DNA from: Planctomycetota bacterium
GTDB taxonomy: Bacteria > Planctomycetota > UBA11346
Assembly (NCBI GenBank): GCA_013816485.1
Contig: JACDEI010000003.1
Coordinates: forward strand, 77,988 to 141,987
Reading direction: 5' to 3'
Length of the DNA stretch: 64,000 nucleotides
Below the pieces are notes generated by a model, which saw only the letters and a list, made by a program, of their open reading frames with translations, was not told where the DNA came from and did no database searches. Made by a program: the position numbers and the translations under genes. Below are positions 45,570-55,200 of the stretch, piece after piece (position 1 is the stretch's first letter; the number at the start of each line of letters is the position of its first letter).

Positions 45570-45779
45570 GCCCAATGGCGTAAAGCCAAGCTCGATTCGA
45601 AAGGCAAGACAGCTTGCCACAGAGGCCACAGACCCCACAGAGGCCACAGAGGCCACAGAGCGGAAAGCGGAAAAACAGAGGGCTTGCTGGCTTAGCTCTG
45701 TGCTCTGTGGGGTCTGTGGGCTCTGTGGCTAGGTTTTCTGCCTTTTAGTTTTTCTTCGCTTGGCTTTTTGCCATTGGGC
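45570..45779. repeat. Second MITE-like palindromic element: the same 22-bp inverted termini, with CCACAGAGG tandem-repeat inner arms
   Basis: The termini are GCCCAATGGCGTAAAGCCAAGC (45570-45591) and GCTTGGCTTTTTGCCATTGGGC (45758-45779). The inner arms are ccacagaggccacagaccccacagaggccacagaggccacagag and ctctgtgctctgtggggtctgtgggctctgtgg. TTC is found on both flanks. Confidence 0.8.
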
Positions 45780-45868
45780 TTCCCACCGCCACTCGGTCCA
45801 GCGCTTTGCGTTGGGTGAGCCATGACTCCGGACTTTTGTTTCTCCGGTAGCGCCACACGGTCGCGGGC

Positions 45869-46321
45869 ATGCGAGCGGTCATTCAACGAGTGCGGGAAGC
45901 GGCGGTGGTCATCGCCGGGCGGGAACACGCTCGCATCGGCCCCGGGCTGCTGGTGCTGGTGGCGGCGGAGGTCGACGACAGCGCTGACGATGTGGTCTGG
46001 CTCAGCGGCAAGATCGCCCGTCTGCGCATCTTCGCCGATGACACCGGCAAGATGAACCGCGCGGTCGGCGACGTTGGCGGCGAGGTCCTGGTGGTCAGCC
46101 AGTTCACCTTGTTTGCGAGCACCGAGCAGGGCAATCGCCCATCCTTCTTACGTGCAGCGCGACCGGAGCAGGCAGTGCCATTGTACGAAGCTTTTGTCGC
46201 CCGCTTGTCAGCGGATCTGGAGAAACCGGTTCAGACCGGGGTCTTCGCCGCCGACATGCAGGTGTCGTTGCTGAACGACGGCCCGGTGACGGTCATCATC
46301 GACAGCCGCCGACGGGAATAG
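45869..46321 (+). CDS. dtd: D-aminoacyl-tRNA deacylase
   Basis: Starts MRAVIQRV and contains [23 protein letters not shown] (the SQFTL and GNRPSF motifs). 150 aa. Confidence 0.9.
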   Translation: MRAVIQRVREAAVVIAGREHARIGPGLLVLVAAEVDDSADDVVWLSGKIARLRIFADDTGKMNRAVGDVGGEVLVVSQFTLFASTEQGNRPSFLRAARPEQAVPLYEAFVARLSADLEKPVQTGVFAADMQVSLLNDGPVTVIIDSRRRE

Positions 46322-46392
46322 GGCCTTCGCCCTGGCGCGTGTGTGTCTGCGCAGTGTTAGGCGGCGGGAGTGAGAACATCCCGTCGGAGCAC

Positions 46393-47433
46393 TCAGCGTC
46401 GGCGTCGCCTGACGCGCGGGCGGCGCGCGCTCGCACGCGACGACTCGCCCTGCGGTTGCGCCGGCAGCTCGGTCGCGCTGATGTCGCCTTCGGTCTCGGC
46501 GTCCTCGAAATCCTCATCGCCGTCGCCGAGATCGGTGGTGCCGCCGTCGTTGAAACCGTCGGGATGCAGGGACGGCTGCCGCCCTTCGGCCAAGCCCTTG
46601 AGCGCCTCCACCACCGCATCGCCGTCGTACAGGCGATCGGCCGGACGTTTGGCCAGCATCAGGTCGAGCAGCTTCCGGCAATCTGACGGCACGCCGTTGG
46701 GATACGACAGTTGTTCGGTGGCGACGCGCACGATCAGGTCGATCACCGTGTCGCCGACGAAGGGCGGGCGGCCGGCGAAAAGGAAGAACAGCGTTGCGCC
46801 CAGGCTGTAGACGTCGCTTGCGGGCACCGCCTGCTTGGGATCGCGGTGTTGTTCCGGTGCCGAGTACTCCGGCGTGCCGACGATCGACAACACGCGTGAA
46901 CCGGTTTCCGCCGACTGCTCGAAACGATCGCGTACCAGTCCCAGGTCGAGCAGCTTGGCCGAGCCGTTCTGCGTCACCAGGATGTTGTCCGGTTTGATGT
47001 CGCGGTGGACCATGCCGTGACGGTGTGCATGCCCGAGCGCCTTGGCTACCTGATAGATCAGGTGCAAGGCCTGCGAACGCTTGAGCACGCCTTGGGTCTG
47101 CACCAGCCGGCTGGCGGTGATGCCCTGCACGTACTCCATCGAATAGCAGTAGAGTTTGCGCTCAGGGTCGGCCTGCACGTCGTGGACCGCGACGAGATTG
47201 GCGTGGCCGAGTTGCGCGGCGGCGCGGGCCTCGCGCAGGAAGCTGTCGACCGCGGCGGGATTGCGCAGGCGTTGTGGATGCAGGACCTTGAGCGCCACTT
47301 GGCGATCGAGCGACTTCTGCTTGGCGAGGTAGACATTACCCATGCCGCCGCGACCGAGCAGGCGTTCGATCTCGTAGCCGAAGATCTCGGTGCCCGGTGG
47401 TATTCCGTCCTTGCTGTGGATCTCAGTGCTCAT
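46393..47433 (-). CDS. Hanks-type Ser/Thr protein kinase (346 aa) with an acidic then poly-Arg tail
   Basis: Kinase motifs: GRGGMGNVYLA, VALKVL, HRDIKPDNILV, DLGLVR and GTPEYSAPEQ. The tail is DLGDGDEDFEDAETEGD...RRPRVRRRRR. Confidence 0.85.
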   Translation of the reverse strand: MSTEIHSKDGIPPGTEIFGYEIERLLGRGGMGNVYLAKQKSLDRQVALKVLHPQRLRNPAAVDSFLREARAAAQLGHANLVAVHDVQADPERKLYCYSMEYVQGITASRLVQTQGVLKRSQALHLIYQVAKALGHAHRHGMVHRDIKPDNILVTQNGSAKLLDLGLVRDRFEQSAETGSRVLSIVGTPEYSAPEQHRDPKQAVPASDVYSLGATLFFLFAGRPPFVGDTVIDLIVRVATEQLSYPNGVPSDCRKLLDLMLAKRPADRLYDGDAVVEALKGLAEGRQPSLHPDGFNDGGTTDLGDGDEDFEDAETEGDISATELPAQPQGESSRASARRPRVRRRRR

Positions 47434-47591
47434 GGCTTACGGATACGCCTATGGCCTGGCCGACGTTGGCGCAATCGCGATCAGGGTGCGGTGCAGCACC
47501 CTGATGCCACGCAGCCCAGGCACGATTGGCACGACTCCCTGTCTTGGCAGGCAACGATGGGGGACCAGCATGCCCGCAGGCGAGGATGACC

Positions 47592-48374
47592 ATGGGCAGC
47601 ATACCGGCGATGTATTTGGAATTGCGCACCGTGGCAATGACAGCGGCCGAGGCCGGTGGTCGTGCGGCGTTGCGTTATTTCCGTCGCCCGGATCTGCGGG
47701 TCGAGTGGAAGGCCGACGAGAGCCCGGTGACGGTCGCCGATCGCGAAGCCGAGGCCGCGTGTCAGCAGGTCATCGCCGCAGCGTTCCCGCACGACGCGTG
47801 GCTTGGCGAGGAGACCGGCGAGACCGGTGGCGCCAGTGGTCGGCGTTGGATCGTCGATCCGATCGATGGCACGCGTAATTTCGTCCGCGGGGTGCCGTTG
47901 TGGGCGACGCTGGTCGCGTGCGAAGAAAACGACCGGGTGGTCGCCGCCGCAGTGGTGATCCCCGCGCTTGCCGAGGCGTACGATGCCGTTCTTGGGGGTG
48001 GCGCACGCTGCAATGGTGCCGCGATCCAGGTGTCGGCCATCGCCCAGTTGGATCAGGCGTTGTTCTGCTACGAGTCGCCGTCGTGGTTCCACAAGAACGG
48101 CATGACCGCGGTGTTCGACGAGTTGAACCGCAGCACTGGGTTGCAACGCGGACTGTGTGATGCCTACGGCCACATGCTGGTCGCCAGTGGCCGCGCTGAG
48201 GTGGTGGTCGAACCGCAATTATCGGTGTGGGATGTCGCCGCCACCAGCCTGGTGGTGAGCGAAGCCGGTGGCCGCTTCAGCGACCTGCGCGGCACGCCCT
48301 CGATCCGTTCCGGCAACGCACTGCTGACCAACGGCCTGCTGCACGATGTGGTGTTGGCGCGTCTACGCGGCTGA
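47592..48374 (+). CDS. Inositol monophosphatase family protein (HisN/SuhB-like)
   Basis: Motifs: WLGEETG, WIVDPIDGTRNF and WDVAATSLVV. ATG 47592 has better SD spacing (GAGG) than 47586. The track start at 47526 is unsupported. Confidence 0.8.
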   Translation: MGSIPAMYLELRTVAMTAAEAGGRAALRYFRRPDLRVEWKADESPVTVADREAEAACQQVIAAAFPHDAWLGEETGETGGASGRRWIVDPIDGTRNFVRGVPLWATLVACEENDRVVAAAVVIPALAEAYDAVLGGGARCNGAAIQVSAIAQLDQALFCYESPSWFHKNGMTAVFDELNRSTGLQRGLCDAYGHMLVASGRAEVVVEPQLSVWDVAATSLVVSEAGGRFSDLRGTPSIRSGNALLTNGLLHDVVLARLRG

Positions 48375-48392
48375 AAGAGCAGCAAGACAGTT

Positions 48393-49262
48393 TCAGGTGC
48401 CGGCGATCACCAATTGCCAACGCATGCCGCCGAATCGCAATTCATGTTCGTAGAGCACGGTCAGGCCGGCATTGCGCAACAAATAGGGATAGGGATGAGA
48501 CCAAGTGGTCTCGGAGCCATACAGACGCGACGTGGTATCCGACGATAGATCGTGGGCCGGATCGAGTGGCTCGACCATGACCCAGCGCAGCGGAGCACAA
48601 CGCGTGGCGGTATCGGCAATCAACCGCTCCAAGGCCATGCGGGGAAAATATTCCAGCACGCCACCGCAGCAGAAGATGATCCATCCGGGACGGGCGTTCG
48701 CGGGGATCCAGGCGGTCGCATCGCCAGCGACGAAGCGGCAGGCGGGAAAACGCGCCGCGTCAGCCTGCACCTGCGCGGCACTGAGATCCAGGCCGATGCA
48801 GGTGCTGATGCCATGCACGGCCAGCCGGCGTTGCAGGTAATCGAGTGTCACACCGGAGCCGGTGCCGATTTCGCACAAGGTATGCAAACACCCGGGCGCC
48901 AGCGCCGCCAGATCCCGCTCCAACGCATCGATCACCACCGCGTGGTGCGGCAGGAACCAGGTGGTGAAGCGGTCCTCGACCGCGGCGTGATAGCCGATGA
49001 TAGTGTCGCTCTGCCACATGTTGCGATGCAGGTAGGCGAGATGATCAAGCGACTCGCCGCGGCGGGTGGCCCGGTGCACCATGGCGGCGATGATCGCGCG
49101 GTCGACGCGTGTGAACGGTTCCTGGGCTTTTCCTTCGCGGATCTGACGTACGCGCCCTGGTAACAGCGTGGCGAAGACGTAGCCGAGCGCGATCTTCACC
49201 CGTTGACGCAAGCCGCCACCACCAACGGCAAGCAGCGCGCGGAGGTTGGGTCCCTTGGTCAC
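48393..49262 (-). CDS. Class I SAM-dependent methyltransferase (289 aa)
   Basis: Motif I is LCEIGTGSGVTLDYL, followed by GLDLS and FVAGDATAW. Confidence 0.65.
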   Translation of the reverse strand: MTKGPNLRALLAVGGGGLRQRVKIALGYVFATLLPGRVRQIREGKAQEPFTRVDRAIIAAMVHRATRRGESLDHLAYLHRNMWQSDTIIGYHAAVEDRFTTWFLPHHAVVIDALERDLAALAPGCLHTLCEIGTGSGVTLDYLQRRLAVHGISTCIGLDLSAAQVQADAARFPACRFVAGDATAWIPANARPGWIIFCCGGVLEYFPRMALERLIADTATRCAPLRWVMVEPLDPAHDLSSDTTSRLYGSETTWSHPYPYLLRNAGLTVLYEHELRFGGMRWQLVIAGT

Positions 49263-49329
49263 GGCGGACCTCCTCGTCTGTGGTGCGGTGTACGCCCGGC
49301 GACCCGCGAGTCGACGGTGCAGGCAGGAT

Positions 49330-51951
49330 CTATCCGCGTCCGCCCTTCGCCTTCGGCTCGGTCTCGACCGTACGTTCGACCTCTAGCTCCAGGCCGGCGT
49401 CGCTGTCCGGCTTGAGCACCACCGTGCTGCGATCCAGCAGTTCACCGGCGATCAGTTTGCGGCTAAGCGCGTTGGTGAGTTGCCGTTCGAGGTAACGCTT
49501 GAGCGGCCGCGCACCGTACTGCGGATCGTAAGATTCCTTGAGGATGCGGTCGAGCGCTTCATCGGTGAGCACGAGTTGGATCTTGCGATCCTTTAGACGT
49601 TCGGCGATGCGGCTGATCTGGAGCGTCACGATGCCCTTGAGCTGGGTCTTGGTCAGCGGCGTGAACACCACGATGTCGCTCAGGCGGTTGAGGAACTCTG
49701 GGCGGAAGTGCGCGCGCACCGCGGTCATCACCGCTTCCTTGGTGCCTTCCATGAACTCGCCGCCAGCGGTGACACCTTTGAGCAGGAACTCCGCACCGAG
49801 GTTGCTGGTCATGATCACCACGGTGTTCTTGAAGTTCACCGTGCGGCCTTGCCCGTCGGTCAGGTGGCCTTCGTCCAGCACCTGGAGCAAGGCGTTGAAC
49901 ACCTGCGGATGGGCTTTCTCGACCTCGTCGAACAACACCACGGTGTACGGGCGACGACGCACCGCCTCGGTGAGCTGACCACCTTCATCGTAGCCGACGT
50001 ATCCTGGGGGCGCGCCGATCAGGCGCGAGACGCTGTGGCTCTCCATGTATTCCGACATGTCGATGCGCACGATATGATGTTCATCGTCGAACAACTCAGA
50101 GGCGAGCGCCTTGGCCAGTTCGGTTTTTCCGACACCGGTCGGTCCCAGAAACAGGAACGAACCCAGCGGCTGGTTCTGATCGGCAAGGCCGGCGCGTGAA
50201 CGCAGTACCGCGTCGGCCACGGTATCGACCGCTTCCTCCTGACCGATGACACGATCATGCAGGCGATCGCCGAGTTTCAGCAGCCGTTCACGATCCCCTT
50301 CGGTGAGTTTGTTCGCCGGGATGCCGGTCCAACGGCTGACCACATCGGCGATGTCTTCCGGGCCGACCGATTCGCTGGTGAGGGTCTGGCCCTGATCGTT
50401 GGCCTGGGCGGCGATGCGCTTCTCCAGGTCGGGGATCACGCCGTAGCGCAGTTCGGCGACCTTGCCCAGGTTGTAGGCGCGTTCCGCCTGCTCGATGGCG
50501 GCCTTGGCTTCTTCGAGCTGCTGACGCAGCTTGCGGCCATCATCGACGCGGGATTTTTCCGCCTGATGGCGGGCGGTGAGGACCGACAGCTCCTCCTTGG
50601 CCTTGGCGAGGTCGGTGCGCACTTTCTCCAGGCGATCCCTGCTCGCTTGATCGGGTTCGCGTTTCAGTGCGGTGGCCTCCACTTCGAGCTGCAGCGTGCG
50701 GCGGTTGAGCTGATCGATCTCTGCGGGCGACGAATCAAGTTCGACGCGCGCGTTGGCGCACGCCTCGTCGACCAGATCAATGGCCTTGTCGGGCAGAAAG
50801 CGATCGGCGACGTAGCGGTCGCTGAGCATCGCGGCAGCCACCAGCGCAGCGTCGGCGATACGCACGCCGTGGTGCGTCTCGTAGCGTTCACGCAAGCCGC
50901 GCAGGATTGAGATGGTGTCCTCCACCGAAGGTTCACCGACCAGCACCGGCTGGAAACGCCGTTCGAAGGCGGCGTCCTTCTCGACGTGTTTGCGGTATTC
51001 ATCAAGGGTGGTCGCACCGATGCAGTGCAGTTCGCCGCGCGCGAGCAGCGGCTTCAGCAGATTCGCGGCATCCATCGCGCCATCGCTCTTGCCCGCACCC
51101 ATGAGCTGGTGCATCTCGTCGATGAAGAGGATGATCTTGCCGTCGGATGACTTCACCTCGTCGAGCACACCTTTGAGGCGCTCCTCGAACTCGCCGCGGA
51201 ACTTGGCGCCCGCGACCAAGGAACCCAGGTCGAGCGAGATCACCGTTTTGTCCTTGAGCCCTTCCGGCACGTCGCCTTTGACGATGCGATTGGCGAGCCC
51301 TTCGACGATGGCGGTTTTACCCACGCCCGGTTCACCGATCAGCACCGGGTTGTTCTTGGTGCGGCGCGACAACACCCGCACCACCCGACGGATTTCTTCA
51401 TCACGACCGATGACCGGATCGAGTTTGCCTTTGCGCGCATCAGCGACGAGGTCGCGACCGTACTTGGCCAGGGCGTCGTAGGTGTTCTCTGCTTGGTCGC
51501 TCTGCACCGTGCGGCCCTTGCGCACCTCATCGATGGCCTTGGCGAGGTTGCTGCGACCGAGGCCCTGTTCGTTGAGCACGCCACCGACCTTGCGGTCGCC
51601 GGTCAGCGCCAACAGCAGGTGTTCGATCGCCAGGTGCGAATCACCGCGGTTCTTCTGCTCCTTCTGGCCCGCCTGGATGATCTTCATCAGGTCGTTGCCG
51701 AAGCCGACCTGCGGCGGTGCCGGATGCTGCGTCGGCAGCTCGCCGAGCACCCGGCGCAGCGCAGTCTCGATGGTGTTGGTCTTGACCCCGACCTTGTCGG
51801 CGAGGCGGCGAGCGAGACCGCTGTCGTCAGCAAAGAGGGCGACCGCGAGGTGGATCGGTTCCACCTGCGCGTGGTCGTGACTGACCGCCTGTTCCTGCGC
51901 CCCGACCAGGGCAAGGCGGGATTTCTCAGTGAGCGTGTTGGGGTCGAGCAT
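49330..51951 (-). CDS. clpB: ATP-dependent chaperone ClpB (873 aa)
   Basis: Two AAA+ modules are present ([15 protein letters not shown] and [15 protein letters not shown]) with a coiled-coil middle domain between them. An N-terminal Clp repeat domain is present. Confidence 0.95.
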   Translation of the reverse strand: MLDPNTLTEKSRLALVGAQEQAVSHDHAQVEPIHLAVALFADDSGLARRLADKVGVKTNTIETALRRVLGELPTQHPAPPQVGFGNDLMKIIQAGQKEQKNRGDSHLAIEHLLLALTGDRKVGGVLNEQGLGRSNLAKAIDEVRKGRTVQSDQAENTYDALAKYGRDLVADARKGKLDPVIGRDEEIRRVVRVLSRRTKNNPVLIGEPGVGKTAIVEGLANRIVKGDVPEGLKDKTVISLDLGSLVAGAKFRGEFEERLKGVLDEVKSSDGKIILFIDEMHQLMGAGKSDGAMDAANLLKPLLARGELHCIGATTLDEYRKHVEKDAAFERRFQPVLVGEPSVEDTISILRGLRERYETHHGVRIADAALVAAAMLSDRYVADRFLPDKAIDLVDEACANARVELDSSPAEIDQLNRRTLQLEVEATALKREPDQASRDRLEKVRTDLAKAKEELSVLTARHQAEKSRVDDGRKLRQQLEEAKAAIEQAERAYNLGKVAELRYGVIPDLEKRIAAQANDQGQTLTSESVGPEDIADVVSRWTGIPANKLTEGDRERLLKLGDRLHDRVIGQEEAVDTVADAVLRSRAGLADQNQPLGSFLFLGPTGVGKTELAKALASELFDDEHHIVRIDMSEYMESHSVSRLIGAPPGYVGYDEGGQLTEAVRRRPYTVVLFDEVEKAHPQVFNALLQVLDEGHLTDGQGRTVNFKNTVVIMTSNLGAEFLLKGVTAGGEFMEGTKEAVMTAVRAHFRPEFLNRLSDIVVFTPLTKTQLKGIVTLQISRIAERLKDRKIQLVLTDEALDRILKESYDPQYGARPLKRYLERQLTNALSRKLIAGELLDRSTVVLKPDSDAGLELEVERTVETEPKAKGGRG

Positions 51952-52271
51952 GGCGTCCTGTCCTTACGGCCGGCGAACCAGTGTCGGCCATGCGAAAGAA
52001 TACAGCAGTCATCATGCCAAGAAACCAAGGTGGGATTGGGTCAAATAGACCAGGAATCCCCGGCTCGGACTCATGATCTGCGGTCGAACCGACAGCCGCC
52101 CCGACCTGAACACCGGCCAGTGGCCCGCGGACGATCGATGATCGGGGGGAAGAACGATATCTGACGTGGTTCGACGCGTAGTCGGATAACGCCCTTGCAG
52201 AAGCGGATCGGACGGCAGCATGCCGACCCCGTCCTATGATATCGTGGCGGGGTCGCCCTCAGGAGTCCGTC

Positions 52272-55200
52272 ATGTCGCTTGTCCTCCGTCAGCTCCGCTC
52301 CGTCCTCCTCGTTCTCGCCGTGGGCGTGGGATTGTTTGCCGGTGAAGGCACCGGTACTGGGCTGTCCGCCCGGTACTATGCGAACGAGACGCTGAGCGGA
52401 TCACCAGCCGTGAGCCGGATCGATGCGCAGGTGAACTTCGCGTGGTCCGGTGGCGCACCTGCCTCGGCCCTGCCGGTGGATTCCTTCAGCGCTCGCTGGG
52501 ATGGCGAGGTCGAGGCGCGGTTTACCCAGAACCTGACGTTCATCGCGCGTACGGATGACGGTGTGCGGCTGTGGATCGACAACCAGTTGGTGATCGATGC
52601 CTGGTACTTGCGCGGAGCCGCTGATTCATCGTACACCTTCGCGGCGGAAGCCGGGCGCAAGTACCGCGTGCGGATGGAATATTATGAGCACTTCGGGTCG
52701 GCGGTGGCGCAGCTCCTGTGGCAGAGCACCAGTATTCCTCGCGCAGCCATCCCATCTGCCTACCTGTATCCAACTCCGGCGATCGAACTGCCATCAGGTT
52801 CCGGCACTGGTTTGCTCGCTCGCTACTATGCGAATGAAACCCTCTCGGGCATTCCAGTCCACGTCCGTACCGACGCCCGCGTCGACTTCGGGTGGGGCGG
52901 CGGCTCGCCTGATGGCAGCGTGCCAGTCGAGTCGTTCAGCGCCCGTTGGGACGGCGAGATCGAAGCCCGCGTCAGCGAACCGCTGACCCTCATCGCGCGC
53001 ACCGATGACGGCGTGCGCGTGTGGCTCAATGGCCAAGTGGTGATCGATTCCTGGATCCTGCGCAGTGCCGCCGATTCGACCTACACCTTCACTGCCGAAG
53101 CCGGGCGGAAGTACCGCATCCGCATGGAATACTACGAGCACACCGGTGCGGCGGTCGCACGGCTGTGGTGGCAGAGCGCCAACGAACCGAAGGGTCCGAT
53201 CCCCACCAGCCAGCTGTATCCGACGGATCCCAGCGATCCGCCGAACGGCACCGGTACCGGTCTGTTGGCGAGCTACTTCGCCAATGAGACGCTCTCCGGC
53301 ACTCCGGTGCTGAATCGCACGGAAGCGCGTGTCGATCACGCGTGGGGCAGCGGCTCCCCAGGGACTGGCGTCCCGGTCGATGTGTTCAGCGCGCGCTGGC
53401 TGGGTGAGATCGAACCGCGCACCAGCGAACCGCTGACCCTCATCGCTCGCACGGACGACGGTGTGCGCCTGTGGATCGACGGACAGTTGGTAATCGACCA
53501 GTGGATCCTGCGTGGTGCTGCCGACTCGACCTACACCTTCTCCGCCGAGGCCGGTCGCAAATACCGTATCCAATTGGAATACTTCGAGCACCTCGGCTCG
53601 GCCGTTGCCAAATTGTGGTGGCAGAGTGCCTCCGAACCCAGGGCGCCGATCCCGACTAGCCAGCTCTATCCCACGCCGCCGCCGTTCCCGCCGGCGGGCA
53701 CCGGCACCGGCTTGACCGGAACCTATTTCGCCAACGAGACGCTGACGGGCGAACCCGCGCTCACCCGCCTCGACCCGCGAGTTGATTTCTCGTGGGGCAG
53801 CGGCTCGCCGGGATCGCCGCTGCCGGTCGATGTTTTCAGCGTCCGTTGGCAAGGTGAGATCGAACCGCGCGTGAGCGAGCCGCTGACGCTGATCGCCCGC
53901 ACCGACGACGGTGTGCGGGTGTGGATCGACGATGTCCAGGTGATCAATGCGTGGATTCTGCGCGGTGCCGCCGACTCGACCCACACGTTCACGGCGCAAG
54001 CTGGCCACAAATATCGCATCCGCATGGAGTACTTCGAGCACCTCGGCTCGGCCGTGGCTAAGCTGTGGTGGCAGAGTGCCAACGAGCCGAAGGGCCCGAT
54101 TCCCACCAGCCAACTCTATCCGATCACCAGCACACCCACGACGCCGAGCATCGCCTTTGCCAACGCGGGAACGACCGTCGGCGAAACCGTCGGCAGCAGC
54201 ACCGTAACCGTGAACCTGTCCCAACCAGCCGCCATCGCGGTGACAGTTGCCATCCAGAGTACTGGCAGCGGTGCCACTGCTCCGGCCACCATCACCATTC
54301 CGGCAGGCGACACGACTGCGTCCGTTCCGGTGACCATCAGCGATGATCCGCGTTTCGGACCTGATCGTCAGGCCACGTTGTCGTTGGTAAGTCCGGTGGG
54401 TGCCGATCTGGGACCGATCACCAGCCACGTCCTGACGATCCAGAACACCGACCCGGCTCCGACCATCGCGTTCACCGCGCTCACGTCGTTCAACCTCGAA
54501 CAGAGCGGCACCGCTTCGGTGCCGGTGCGGCTCAGCGCGGTCTCGGCCCAGACGACCACCGTCACGGTGAGCCTGTCCGGATCAGCGAGCCCTGGCATCG
54601 ACTACCAGGCACCGTCGGCCACCCTCCAGATCCCGGCCGACACGTTCGAGGGCACCATCTTCATCCCGTTGTTCGCCGACAGCGTTCCGGAGCAGGATGA
54701 AACGATCATCCTGACCTTGTCCGCCCCCGTCGGTGCCACCCTTGGCAGCCCCAGCGTCCACACCATCACGCTGAGCGACGGCAACCAGTCGCCGGTGATC
54801 GCGAATGGCCCGACGCCAGCGGTCAACCCGGTGACCGGTACCGCCGTCAGCTTGTCCTTCTCGGCCACCGATGACGGGGGAGCCGACAACCTCACCTTCA
54901 CGTGGTCGACGGTCGGCACCGTGCCGGCCCCCGTTTCCTTCGCGCCAGCCACCGGCTCGGTGGGAACGTCGAGCACCACGACGGCGACGTTCACCGCCCC
55001 AGGCACCTATCCCATCCAGATCCAAGTGCGCGATGCCTATGAGGTGACGGCCATCGCCCAAGCCATCATCACTGTGCAATCGACGCCAGCGTTGATCACC
55101 GTTGTTCCGGCAATGGCGACTATCGCGCTCAACGGAACCCAGGCCTTCACCGCAGCCGGCACCAATCAGTTCGGCACCGCTCTTCCCCAGCCATTGTCAG

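Noticed and set aside
52794-54428. 544-aa minus-strand ORF, plus many 60-220-aa ORFs listed between 52.3 and 64 kb.
   Set aside because: These are antisense or off-frame shadows of the giant plus-strand ORF. Their translations are Arg/Gly/His-rich with no motifs, whereas the plus frame gives clean PA14, Calx-beta and Ig repeats.
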